Below, one piece after another: positions 8,114-16,702 of a DNA stretch of 64,000 nucleotides. Source of the stretch: a virus (taxonomy: Duplodnaviria > Caudoviricetes); the IMG/VR virus record IMGVR_UViG_3300017705_000783, positions 8,565-72,564 of that record. The stretch is one strand, 5' to 3'. Each line of letters begins with the position of its first letter. Position 1 is the first letter of the stretch. The notes under the pieces are model-generated. The model was not told where the DNA came from and ran no database searches. It saw nothing but the letters and a program-made list of their open reading frames with translations. Both the position numbers and the translations under genes were made by a program.

Positions 8114-10027
8114 TTACCCACATTCACCTCCTGCCAGAGAACAAGAATCACCTGATTGATTTACTTGTTCTCTGTCGTCCTCTTCTACCATATATTTAGC
8201 TATGTTTTCATCAGTTAGAGGAATAGAAACTAAAGGTTCTTCCCCATAACTCCCAGCTCTATAAACGGTTAATCCCTTAAGATATGGAGCATAATCCAAA
8301 GCAAAAGTTTTAACATCCTCAGTAGTAGCCGTATTAGGTAAATTAATAGTTTTACTTATACAACTGTCGATATACCGTTGTATAGTAGCCTGAACCTTGA
8401 TATGGTCCTCGGGAGAAACGTCATAGGCTCCAACGAAATTAGTTAGATCTCGCTTCTCTCTGTAGTATTGGTTAAATAGGGGATCTACTACTAACTTATC
8501 TTTCCAAATATTATTATGTCTCCACCTCCTATGATACATAGCAGAAAAAATGGGTTCAATTCCACTAGATACCCCCATAAGCATAGAAATTGTACCAGTA
8601 GGGGGAATCGTAAGTAGCACTGCGTTTCTAATTCCATATCTCTTAATAAGCATTCTAATTCTAGCAGGAAGATTTCGTGAATACTCTTCAGATAAATACT
8701 TCTTGTACTCGAACTCTGGGAATGGGGCTTTATCTCGTGCTAGATATATGGATTGCTTGTATGCCTCGTCTCTGATTGTGGAGAAAAGCCTATCCAAGAA
8801 CTCCAAGCATTTCTCACTCCCATACTTTATCCCAAGTTTAATTAAAAGATAATGAAGACCCATGACACCCAAGCCGACCCGTCTTGATCTGTGACCTACC
8901 AGCTTACAGTCCTCAGTGGGAAAAGTATTAATAGTTAAAACATTATCTAGAAATCTAACGCCCGTCCTAACAGATCTGGCGAGTCTTTTCCAGTCTACGC
9001 CCCCAATATCTTCGTCGTACATATTAGATAGATTAATATTTCCTAAGCAACAATTCCCATACGAGGGGAGAGAAATCTCTCCGCAGGGATTAGTGGCATC
9101 TAGCGTTTCAAAATAAGATACATTGGTATACTTATTAGCGAGATCAATATTATAAACGCCAGGATCGCCAGATTCCACAGAGTTCTTCCAAATAAGATCC
9201 CAAAGTTCCGATGCTTTAATGTCATTCTGCCCAATAGCCTCAAACGTATCCCTCCAATCTACTTTGTAGAAGTTTTCGGCCCTATCGAGAGCATCATCTC
9301 GGTCTAACCCCGACACCTTAATTACTTCAGCCGCTCCTTCGTCTCCTTTTTCATGTCTAAGGATATCGTATGTGTGGTACTCTTTATTATTAAAAGAAAA
9401 GAACCAATCTTCATCTAACTCCACCGCCTCAAGAAATCTATTGGTAATGGCTACAGAGATATTAAAATTATTTAACTCCCCTCTATCTAGCTTAACATGA
9501 AGAAATTCAATGAGGTCAGGGTGGGAAATATTTAGGATGCCCATCAAGGCAGTGCGTCTGTTCTTACCCGCTCTAACATGCTCCCCAACCTCATTAATCA
9601 TTTTGAGAACAGAGACAGCTCCTGGAGCTGAGTTTGCAACGCTCCCAATGTCATCTCCTCGTGGACGAATCTTAGAGACATTAAAACCAACGCCCCCGCC
9701 AGCACAAGAAATTTTATACATATCTTGTATTGTTTTACCGATAGAATCAACTGAGTCCTCTGGAACTATGACGAAGCAGTTTAAAAGATTTTGTGATCCT
9801 TTATTTCTTCCAGAACCATAAATGATTCTACCGCCTGGAATTAAGTCCCCAGAGGAAATAGCTTCATAAAACTTCTTTTCTACCTTTTCCTTGTCTGCGT
9901 CTTTCTCTGCGCTTGCAATGGTACGAGCTATAATTTTGGCACGTTCTCCCCAGCTCTTCTCTCCTGGATATGCGTATCTCGTTTCAAATATTTCTTGACC
10001 TAGTTCACTGAGCTTTGCAATCGCCAT
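8114..10027 (-). CDS. nrdJ: Class II (adenosylcobalamin-dependent) ribonucleotide reductase
   Basis: PGGRI, LLNCF, GGGVG, TNPCGEI, CCLG, GLGVMG, PPTGTIS, ISKTIN, C-terminal CSLAGGEC; no beta-subunit gene nearby. Confidence 0.9.
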   Translation of the reverse strand: MAIAKLSELGQEIFETRYAYPGEKSWGERAKIIARTIASAEKDADKEKVEKKFYEAISSGDLIPGGRIIYGSGRNKGSQNLLNCFVIVPEDSVDSIGKTIQDMYKISCAGGGVGFNVSKIRPRGDDIGSVANSAPGAVSVLKMINEVGEHVRAGKNRRTALMGILNISHPDLIEFLHVKLDRGELNNFNISVAITNRFLEAVELDEDWFFSFNNKEYHTYDILRHEKGDEGAAEVIKVSGLDRDDALDRAENFYKVDWRDTFEAIGQNDIKASELWDLIWKNSVESGDPGVYNIDLANKYTNVSYFETLDATNPCGEISLPSYGNCCLGNINLSNMYDEDIGGVDWKRLARSVRTGVRFLDNVLTINTFPTEDCKLVGHRSRRVGLGVMGLHYLLIKLGIKYGSEKCLEFLDRLFSTIRDEAYKQSIYLARDKAPFPEFEYKKYLSEEYSRNLPARIRMLIKRYGIRNAVLLTIPPTGTISMLMGVSSGIEPIFSAMYHRRWRHNNIWKDKLVVDPLFNQYYREKRDLTNFVGAYDVSPEDHIKVQATIQRYIDSCISKTINLPNTATTEDVKTFALDYAPYLKGLTVYRAGSYGEEPLVSIPLTDENIAKYMVEEDDREQVNQSGDSCSLAGGECG

Positions 10028-11597
10028 GTCGGACCTTTCTCATTATTTTAGATTCTCCTTGGTCCTTGATTATAGTGATCCTTGGGGACGAATCCAGTAA
10101 GGTTTTCAAATGTTTGTTATGGGTGATAACAAATATATTTTTAGTTTTCTTTATTTCCTTCAATAAGGCATAAAGACCATAAATACCCCCTTCGTCGAGA
10201 TTTTCTGCTACCTCATCAAAGAAGATGATGTCTAACTGATTTTTATCGGTAAAAGAAAGAAGATCTCTTAGGGCTAAAAGTACGCATAAATTAATCTTTC
10301 TTTTTTCACCACCAGACAAAGATATATAATGAACTTCTTCTTCTGAAACCATAATTTTTTCGGACAATTCTTCATTAAATTCTAAATAATATCCCTGATT
10401 AGTTAGAAACGATAGATAATAATTTATCTTATCATTAAAGAAGGACAATACGTTGCGTATTATGTACTTTATGATGCCTTGTTCAGAAAAAGCCTTCTCC
10501 CAAAAGCGCATAATCTCGTATTTTTTATTAGATTCAATTTTCTTATTTTGTGCGTCTGCTATCTTCTCAGCTAAACTCTCTATTTGTGTTTCAAAAGAGC
10601 TTTTCTGGAGTACGAGTTCTTTCAATTCCAAAACAGAAGAGTAGTCCATAGACGTTATGGGGTAAGGCTCAGGAATTGAGACACTATCCCTTCTTTCCTT
10701 AAGAATCTTTATATTTTCTCTCTTATCTTCTATATTTTTCTTGTTCCTATCCCAATAGGTTTGGGGAAGTTTTTGTCCACATCCCTTACACTTGTTATTC
10801 TTTGCCTGAGCCAGCAGGTCATCCAAACTTCTAATTTCTCTATTAATATCAGAAAGTAAGGTTGCTTTTTTTCTGTTAGCATCAGATATAGCACGTTCGG
10901 TTCCTAAAATATCATCTAAAGATATATCCAAGTACTGTTCATACTCCGCTAAGTACTGATTATTCTCGCTATTAATTTTAGAAAGATCTCCCTCCAAAGA
11001 AGACTTAGATTTTTCAAACTCTTTAATTAGAGAGTCCTGTACCTTTAGATCTCCCCAATATACAGATTTATGATATTTTATCTTGTCCCTGAGACTAAAA
11101 ATTTCTTCTAGATTAAGAAAATTTCTAAGTATGATCCTTTTATCATTGGAGTCTGCGTCCAGAAAATTAAGAGTGTTGGACTGTCCGAAGAACATGGAGG
11201 ATAACAAGATCTTATAATTAATATTTAGAAGATCATCAATGTAGGCTTGGGTCGAAGAAGCGTGATCTTTTGTACAGTTCTCTCCGTCTATAAATAATTC
11301 AAGTTTAGTTGGTTTTTTTGACCTTCGTATCATTATCCCATTATCGAGAAAAATCTCAACCACACATCCCCGTTTGTTTTTATTATTTACAATGGCAACT
11401 TCAGTGCTTTTCCTAACCGTCTTCCCCGTTAATCCAAAGAAAACCGCCTCCAAAAGGGCAGACTTCCCAGACCCATTAGACCCAGAACTATCTTTATTAA
11501 CACCTTTTATCAATGTTAACCCACTGTAATCCTTAAAATTTAACTCGGTATCAACAAACGAGTAAAAATTCTTTATAGATATCTTTTCAATCCTCAC
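10005..11597 (-). CDS. gp46: gp46/SbcC-like recombination exonuclease ATPase subunit
   Basis: Walker A NGSGKS, CKGC zinc hook, LSGGE signature, FFDE, ITHN; GTG start. Confidence 0.93.
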   Translation of the reverse strand: MRIEKISIKNFYSFVDTELNFKDYSGLTLIKGVNKDSSGSNGSGKSALLEAVFFGLTGKTVRKSTEVAIVNNKNKRGCVVEIFLDNGIMIRRSKKPTKLELFIDGENCTKDHASSTQAYIDDLLNINYKILLSSMFFGQSNTLNFLDADSNDKRIILRNFLNLEEIFSLRDKIKYHKSVYWGDLKVQDSLIKEFEKSKSSLEGDLSKINSENNQYLAEYEQYLDISLDDILGTERAISDANRKKATLLSDINREIRSLDDLLAQAKNNKCKGCGQKLPQTYWDRNKKNIEDKRENIKILKERRDSVSIPEPYPITSMDYSSVLELKELVLQKSSFETQIESLAEKIADAQNKKIESNKKYEIMRFWEKAFSEQGIIKYIIRNVLSFFNDKINYYLSFLTNQGYYLEFNEELSEKIMVSEEEVHYISLSGGEKRKINLCVLLALRDLLSFTDKNQLDIIFFDEVAENLDEGGIYGLYALLKEIKKTKNIFVITHNKHLKTLLDSSPRITIIKDQGESKIMRKVRHGDCKAQ

Positions 11598-12618
11598 TTT
11601 TCAAAACCCCCAAACCCCACATAATATCCTCTTTATCGAGGGATGAATTATGCTTATCCACGTAATTTTCGATTATTTTATCATTTATGGAAAAAAGCTC
11701 TTTTGTTGGCTCATATTCACTCTGGGACTTGGTGTCATGCTCCTCCATAGGAACGAATTTAAAATCCGTATAAAAGGTTTGGAGCTGTTCCACAAGGTTA
11801 CTGTCTATCAGGTCATCCTTACCCAAAGAAACCCTCAGAAGCGTTGAAAAGTTTTTATCGTTTATTAAATCCTTATAGATTTCAAAGCTTTCTTCCAGTT
11901 CTTTATATTTTACTACAAGGTGTCTAGGGCCAGAACGAACTTCCTTAAAAACAAAGATGTCTTCATCCTCATTCTTAATCCCATAAAAACAGATTCTTCC
12001 CTCCTCCCCAAAATTGGTAGAATAAGGGGTTCCTACAACAGTTATCTCATTGTCTCCATTCCAATTGCTGTAGTGCTTGTGGATATGACCCAAGTACGTC
12101 CTATTATTAAACTTATTTAAACCGATACTAAAATCCTTATCCCCCTGAGAGTTCAAACAGCCAGCAAACCCAAAATGACCAAATATGGAATACCCCTTAG
12201 GGGCAGACTCTAAAGCCTCAACAATCTTATCTTGGTTTTCGTAGTGGGGAATATAAAGTCTCTTGCTCTTATGGCATATATGGGTGTGCTTTATTATCTT
12301 GCAATAAGGTCCATCAAATACAGACAGGATTGTGGAACCATTGTCTGATTTGTTGCTGGCGCAGTGGTTGCCTCTAACTATCACTACTTCTATCTTCTTC
12401 TTAGTTGTATAATCTAAAAGCTCCTTGAGCTTAAGCACGGGATCTGGGGCTGGTTTTCTCCGATCCAATACATCTCCAAGAAAAATTATCTCATTAGGGC
12501 ATTCTTTATTAATTATTTTTAAGATAGAAGCAATTTGGATATCCATAAGATCTGTTTTCTTATCATGTATATGGAGATCCCCAATTAACAAAGTTCTTCT
12601 ACTCATAAGGTACCCCAT
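11587..12618 (-). CDS. gp47: gp47/SbcD-like metallophosphoesterase nuclease subunit
   Basis: GDLH, GDVLD, GNH, GH, GHIH motifs. Confidence 0.92.
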   Translation of the reverse strand: MGYLMSRRTLLIGDLHIHDKKTDLMDIQIASILKIINKECPNEIIFLGDVLDRRKPAPDPVLKLKELLDYTTKKKIEVVIVRGNHCASNKSDNGSTILSVFDGPYCKIIKHTHICHKSKRLYIPHYENQDKIVEALESAPKGYSIFGHFGFAGCLNSQGDKDFSIGLNKFNNRTYLGHIHKHYSNWNGDNEITVVGTPYSTNFGEEGRICFYGIKNEDEDIFVFKEVRSGPRHLVVKYKELEESFEIYKDLINDKNFSTLLRVSLGKDDLIDSNLVEQLQTFYTDFKFVPMEEHDTKSQSEYEPTKELFSINDKIIENYVDKHNSSLDKEDIMWGLGVLKSED

Positions 12619-13675
12619 TTCCGAAGGAAGAACCTACCTCTATGTCCACGGTTAGTGGAACATCCAAATTAATGCCTAAGGATGCTTTCATATAGTTACA
12701 ATTAACCATTTCATCTTCTATTATAGAACACACCTCAGGGGTCTCCGCTTTTGGACAAATGAACTCCAAGCTATCGTGAACAGTTGCTTGGAAAATAGCC
12801 TTAAGACCTCTATTTTTTATAGTGTCAACTATGCCCAAAACGGCGCACACCAAAACATCAGAGGCTGCGCTCTGTACGGTAAAATTTAAGCCCTGTCTAT
12901 TAGCCCTGTTTCTTATCTTAGGAACGCTGCTCTGTGTGTCGGGGAGATTTCTTCTTCTTCCAAAAATAGTAGTTATATAACCGTCTTCTTCTATGGCTGC
13001 GGTTGTCTGTCTCATGTACTTAAATACGCCAGGAAATACAGTAGCATATTGAGAAATTATATCCTCCGATTTCTTAAGGGGGATATTCATCGTCTCAGAT
13101 AAATTAAAGGCTCCTCCACCGTACACAATGAGGAAAGAAACGGTCTTAGCTATCTGTCTTTCTTCTGTGGTGATCTTTTCCTCTGGTTTTCCGAACACGA
13201 GACTGGCCGTATGAGTATGGAGATCCTTCCCCTCTATAAAAGCACTCTTCATACCTTGCTCGTTAGCTATGTGTGCCAGTATCCTAAGTTCCATAGCGTT
13301 ATAATCAGAGGTAATAAAGTCCCAGCCAGCGGGAGCTACAAATATGTCCCTTATATTATGCTCTTTGTCTCGGGGAAGAGTGTGAAAGGAAATCCCCATA
13401 CTATTTCCCTTATTCCCAGAATACCCAGTACAGGAGAGCCTCCCTGTTGCTGTTCCATCCAAATTAAAGGACACATAGACTTTATTCTGATCATTATAAG
13501 TGATAGCCTTAGTGGTACCCATAATGTAAGTCTTATAAAGCTTTTCTAACTTCCTAAGCTTAAGTAAAGTCTCTATGAAGTCTCGGGCTTGAATAAGTTC
13601 CTCAGTTGTTTTACTTTTAACAACAGAGTCGCTTATTTTTTTACTCTCGTCCCTATGTTTCCATTTACTTCCCAC
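12599..13675 (-). CDS. polA: Family A DNA polymerase, fragment 3 (end of thumb, palm, fingers)
   Basis: LRKLEKLYKTY, TATGRLSC, motif A DYNAMELR, motif B RQIAKTVSFLIVYG, motif C VHDS; GTG start with AAGGAG RBS. Confidence 0.93.
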   Translation of the reverse strand: MGSKWKHRDESKKISDSVVKSKTTEELIQARDFIETLLKLRKLEKLYKTYIMGTTKAITYNDQNKVYVSFNLDGTATGRLSCTGYSGNKGNSMGISFHTLPRDKEHNIRDIFVAPAGWDFITSDYNAMELRILAHIANEQGMKSAFIEGKDLHTHTASLVFGKPEEKITTEERQIAKTVSFLIVYGGGAFNLSETMNIPLKKSEDIISQYATVFPGVFKYMRQTTAAIEEDGYITTIFGRRRNLPDTQSSVPKIRNRANRQGLNFTVQSAASDVLVCAVLGIVDTIKNRGLKAIFQATVHDSLEFICPKAETPEVCSIIEDEMVNCNYMKASLGINLDVPLTVDIEVGSSFGNGVPYE

Positions 13676-14144
13676 GAGAGCTAATCTCCTTTTTGATCTG
13701 ATTCAGCAGGATGTCTAAAGTGGGTTTGCTGACGGAGGGTAAGCCCTTGTCTGTTTTGTCAGGAGGATATAAAGCAAAGCCCTCTTCCTTGGTATAAAAA
13801 ACTTCTCTTAGGTCCTTGGTGCTAGAGAGATTCTCCTTCACGTTAAGTTGAGGAAAATCATACATGCTGTCGTGTATGTCAATGACAGAATTATTTAAAC
13901 TTCTAGCTACTTCTTTAAGCCTCTCTCTTGAAACTATTAAACCCTCGTACTCTGGCTCCATGAAGACCGTATTGGCAGGAGCTAGTACGTTCTCATAAAA
14001 GGGAAGGACTCCCATATCGTCTAACATAGTATAAAGTACGAAGAACACTTTAAGAGTGTAATGAGAATCCATTGCATTCCCACGCAAGCAATCAGGGAGA
14101 GGTATATTTTCCCAATCAAAGTTTTTATTTTTTACAGTTAGGAT
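13665..14144 (-). CDS. polA: Family A DNA polymerase, fragment 2 (Exo III motif plus start of thumb); frame open to ATC 14144
   Basis: ILTVKNKNFDWENIPLPDCLRGNAMDSHYT (Exo III-like), ME-PE-GLIV, NLSSTKDLREVFY, TDKGLPSVSKPTL; GAGGAGG 7 nt upstream of ATC. The ORF track starts it at TTG 14087. Confidence 0.8.
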   Translation of the reverse strand: MLTVKNKNFDWENIPLPDCLRGNAMDSHYTLKVFFVLYTMLDDMGVLPFYENVLAPANTVFMEPEYEGLIVSRERLKEVARSLNNSVIDIHDSMYDFPQLNVKENLSSTKDLREVFYTKEEGFALYPPDKTDKGLPSVSKPTLDILLNQIKKEISSRGK

Positions 14145-15142
14145 ACTACATCCTCCTCAAGTTCCTCTGGGAAGTACATGTTCACCAAGTCGGACAAAGA
14201 TTTCGGAGCATTCTCATTTATGAGATGTTGCATTACTTTAGTATCCCACACATTAACAGCACTTACTCCGTATCGCCACAAAAACTTCAAATCAAACTTA
14301 GCATTTTGAAATACTTTCATGTTATTTTTATTAGAAAGGATCCTTTCTATGGCATCCCACGGAGATAGCTCGGGAGAATTTTTATGATCTATGGGTATAG
14401 CATAGGTCCCAGACTCATGAGAAAATGCGATGGTCTGGATCTTGTCTCTTTTAAAATCTAAACCCGTTGTTTCTATATCACATGACACGGGGGTATCAGT
14501 GGTGAACAATGGTTTTAGAAGATCAAGCTTAGTGTCTGAGTCTATTATCTCATAACTAAAATCACTTTTAGCTTTCTTTTCTATAACTCTAGATATGGAG
14601 TTTCTTATATCCAGTTCAAATAGGTATCTGTGGCGAGGTTCTATGATTACCGAATAGGGGTGGAACAGGGGAACCACAGTACACTCAAAATCATCATGAA
14701 CAAAAGGAAATAGGGTTCCTCTCTTTGAGGCAATACCACTTTTCTTTATAAGCATCTTCATAGCAAGGTTGCCGCAAACAAAGACCAACTTCGGTCGTAA
14801 CTTTACCACTGTCTTATACAGATGCTCCCTACATAAATTCATATTGGCGGGAGGCATGTCTGCCTCTTTCACCTTGGGACACTTGACAGATGCAGAAAAG
14901 GAAGTAACTTTTTTGTACTCTGCGGGTAGAATTTCATGTATTAGCTTATACTCTTTGTGATTGAAAGGGTAGGGTTCTCCATACATGTAAGTAAAGGAAT
15001 CGGCAAGGAATAAAATATCATATTCCCTTCCCACCTTTTCATGATCTAAATTACAGTGGAAGGGTTTTGATTGTTTAAGAATAGAACATCCGTCACAACC
15101 CTCAGGGGCTTCTTCATCAAATAAATTTTGTAATTCAATCAT
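14138..15142 (-). CDS. polA: Family A DNA polymerase, fragment 1 (UDG family-4-like domain fused to 3'-5' exonuclease Exo I/II)
   Basis: CDGC...VKCP...LCR...CGNLA...HP (Fe-S UDG fold); DIETTGLD (Exo I), FQNAKFD (Exo II), WDTKVM. Confidence 0.88.
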   Translation of the reverse strand: MIELQNLFDEEAPEGCDGCSILKQSKPFHCNLDHEKVGREYDILFLADSFTYMYGEPYPFNHKEYKLIHEILPAEYKKVTSFSASVKCPKVKEADMPPANMNLCREHLYKTVVKLRPKLVFVCGNLAMKMLIKKSGIASKRGTLFPFVHDDFECTVVPLFHPYSVIIEPRHRYLFELDIRNSISRVIEKKAKSDFSYEIIDSDTKLDLLKPLFTTDTPVSCDIETTGLDFKRDKIQTIAFSHESGTYAIPIDHKNSPELSPWDAIERILSNKNNMKVFQNAKFDLKFLWRYGVSAVNVWDTKVMQHLINENAPKSLSDLVNMYFPEELEEDVVS

Positions 15143-15145
15143 GAT

Positions 15146-15153
15146 CTATAATA
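15146..15153 (+). promoter_or_regulatory. CTATAATA (-10-like) element in the 15-bp divergent gap between polymerase and late sigma
   Basis: The same octamer recurs at other divergent junctions (16163, 62876). Confidence 0.45.
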
Positions 15154-15157
15154 TATT

Positions 15158-15520
15158 ATGAAAAAAAAGAATTATATAGATAATAAGAGATTTGAGGCTC
15201 TCATCTTATTATACTTGGATGACCCTAAAAATCACGAAGAGGAATTAATAAAATTATTCGATGTTCTCATATCAAATATAATTGAAGGTTTTAACTTCTG
15301 CGTGGATAGGGAAGACGCAAAACAAGAGTGCTTCTTTTTGATACTAAAGACACTGAAAAATTTTAAGAGCGGAAAGGGGACTGCTTTCAATTACTTTACT
15401 ACTGTTGTGGTGAACAACTTAAAACTAATCTACACTAAAAATAAAAAATACAAGGAAAAAATAGAAAACTTTACAAGAGATATCATGGGACCGAAACCCC
15501 CAACTTTTTATAAATCATAG
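15158..15520 (+). CDS. gp55: T4 gp55-like late sigma factor
   Basis: NYIDNKRF...LISNI...F..REDAKQE...NFKSGKGTAFNYFTTV matches the gp55/sigma region 2 pattern (NYVNN..F...EDM...NF..K..NPFAYFT). Confidence 0.75.
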   Translation: MKKKNYIDNKRFEALILLYLDDPKNHEEELIKLFDVLISNIIEGFNFCVDREDAKQECFFLILKTLKNFKSGKGTAFNYFTTVVVNNLKLIYTKNKKYKEKIENFTRDIMGPKPPTFYKS

Positions 15521-15797
15521 GAAGATAATAATCTATCTCCTTCTTCCTTCTCCGAACACTCACCAAACAAGGCACCTGAGTTGTATGACAAGCAACAAAA
15601 GCATGAGGTGTTTCAAAGCTATCAACAACATTTAATTTCTGGTGGAGCTTGTGATTCCCGTTCTCTATCTCATTTATAATATCCATGCATACTTTGTCGT
15701 GGGATGAGATAAAAAGGAAGGTGGCATCATCAGCATTCTTCATGCTTTTTCTCAACAACTTATTAAAGTTGTTTTCGGTTTTTATAAAGTTTATCAT
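15483..15797 (-). CDS. Thioredoxin-fold protein lacking a full CxxC
   Basis: FLFISSHDKVC helix start, VVDSF strand, cis-Pro-like QVPCLV. Confidence 0.55.
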   Translation of the reverse strand: MINFIKTENNFNKLLRKSMKNADDATFLFISSHDKVCMDIINEIENGNHKLHQKLNVVDSFETPHAFVACHTTQVPCLVSVRRRKKEIDYYLPMIYKKLGVSVP

Positions 15798-16159
15798 TCT
15801 TCAACTACTTCAACACCGCCTTCACCCTCTACCTCTTCATTTCCGCTAAAGCCAGTGAGCTTTCCATCCTTATCGAATTCAAAACCCTGCTCTTCGTACT
15901 CTTCTCTATTAGCTTCCATATGCTCAACATATTTTGCCTCGATCTCCTTATGGTAGGCTTCCCAACCTTTCATAAATAGTCCCTTAAAGAATGTATCGTT
16001 AGAAACATCTTTAGGTTTGGCTGAACCTAAGAAATTTCTTAGGGCTTCTGCTTCTTCGGTGGACAGTTTAACTTGTATCTTCATTCTATTTCTACTCCGT
16101 TCTTTTAAAGAGGTCTTCCAATTTTTCATATTGGGGGTATATTGTACTTTACTGTTCAT
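15794..16159 (-). CDS. Hypothetical protein (ribbon-helix-like N-terminal half, acidic tail)
   Basis: Coupled ORF with overlapping stop/start; no recognised family. Confidence 0.5.
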   Translation of the reverse strand: MNSKVQYTPNMKNWKTSLKERSRNRMKIQVKLSTEEAEALRNFLGSAKPKDVSNDTFFKGLFMKGWEAYHKEIEAKYVEHMEANREEYEEQGFEFDKDGKLTGFSGNEEVEGEGGVEVVEE

Positions 16160-16162
16160 ATA

Positions 16163-16170
16163 CTATAATA
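16163..16170 (+). promoter_or_regulatory. CTATAATA (-10-like) element upstream of the resolvase
   Basis: In a 27-bp divergent gap, followed by GGAGG RBS. Confidence 0.45.
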
Positions 16171-16186
16171 GTCTGGAGGACTTAAA

Positions 16187-16702
16187 ATGTTTGACGATTA
16201 TGACCTGAAAAATCTACAAAAAGAAAAAAAGAAGAAAACTAATAGTAAGGCTAAAGGACACAGGTTTGAGAGGAAAATAGCCTGTATGTTGAATGATAAG
16301 TTTGAAACCAAGGAATTCTCTAGAACCCCTGGCTCTGGGGCATTTGCAACCACACATTCGTTGCCTGAGTACCTTAAAATTTATGGGGATTTAATAGCAC
16401 CTAAATCCTTTAAATATTGTATCGAATGTAAAAAAGGATATAAAGGAATAAAGATAAATCATATATTTGATTATAGAAGCCTACTCTGGAAATTTATAGA
16501 ACAATGTGAAAATGATTCAAAAAAGTGCGATAAAAGTCCTATGTTGATCATACAGCAGGATAGACAGCCTATTCTAGCCCTAGTAAAGGATGAATTGCCT
16601 AAAGAAGAAGCAATAGATCATATTAAATTTAATGAATATAGAATTGTACTATTTAGTGAGATACTAGAAAAATGGGACAAAGGCCATTGGTTTAATGAGT
16701 AG
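16187..16702 (+). CDS. Holliday junction resolvase, Hjc-like PD-(D/E)XK
   Basis: NSKAKGHRFERKIA, RTPGSGA, GDL, IECKKG. Confidence 0.85.
   Translation: MFDDYDLKNLQKEKKKKTNSKAKGHRFERKIACMLNDKFETKEFSRTPGSGAFATTHSLPEYLKIYGDLIAPKSFKYCIECKKGYKGIKINHIFDYRSLLWKFIEQCENDSKKCDKSPMLIIQQDRQPILALVKDELPKEEAIDHIKFNEYRIVLFSEILEKWDKGHWFNE

Noticed and set aside
12599-15142. Split inteins, group I introns or stop-codon recoding as the explanation for the broken polymerase
   Set aside because: No intein terminal residues, ORFs abut or overlap leaving no intron space, fragments are in different frames so read-through cannot join them, and all other genes are intact in the standard code.
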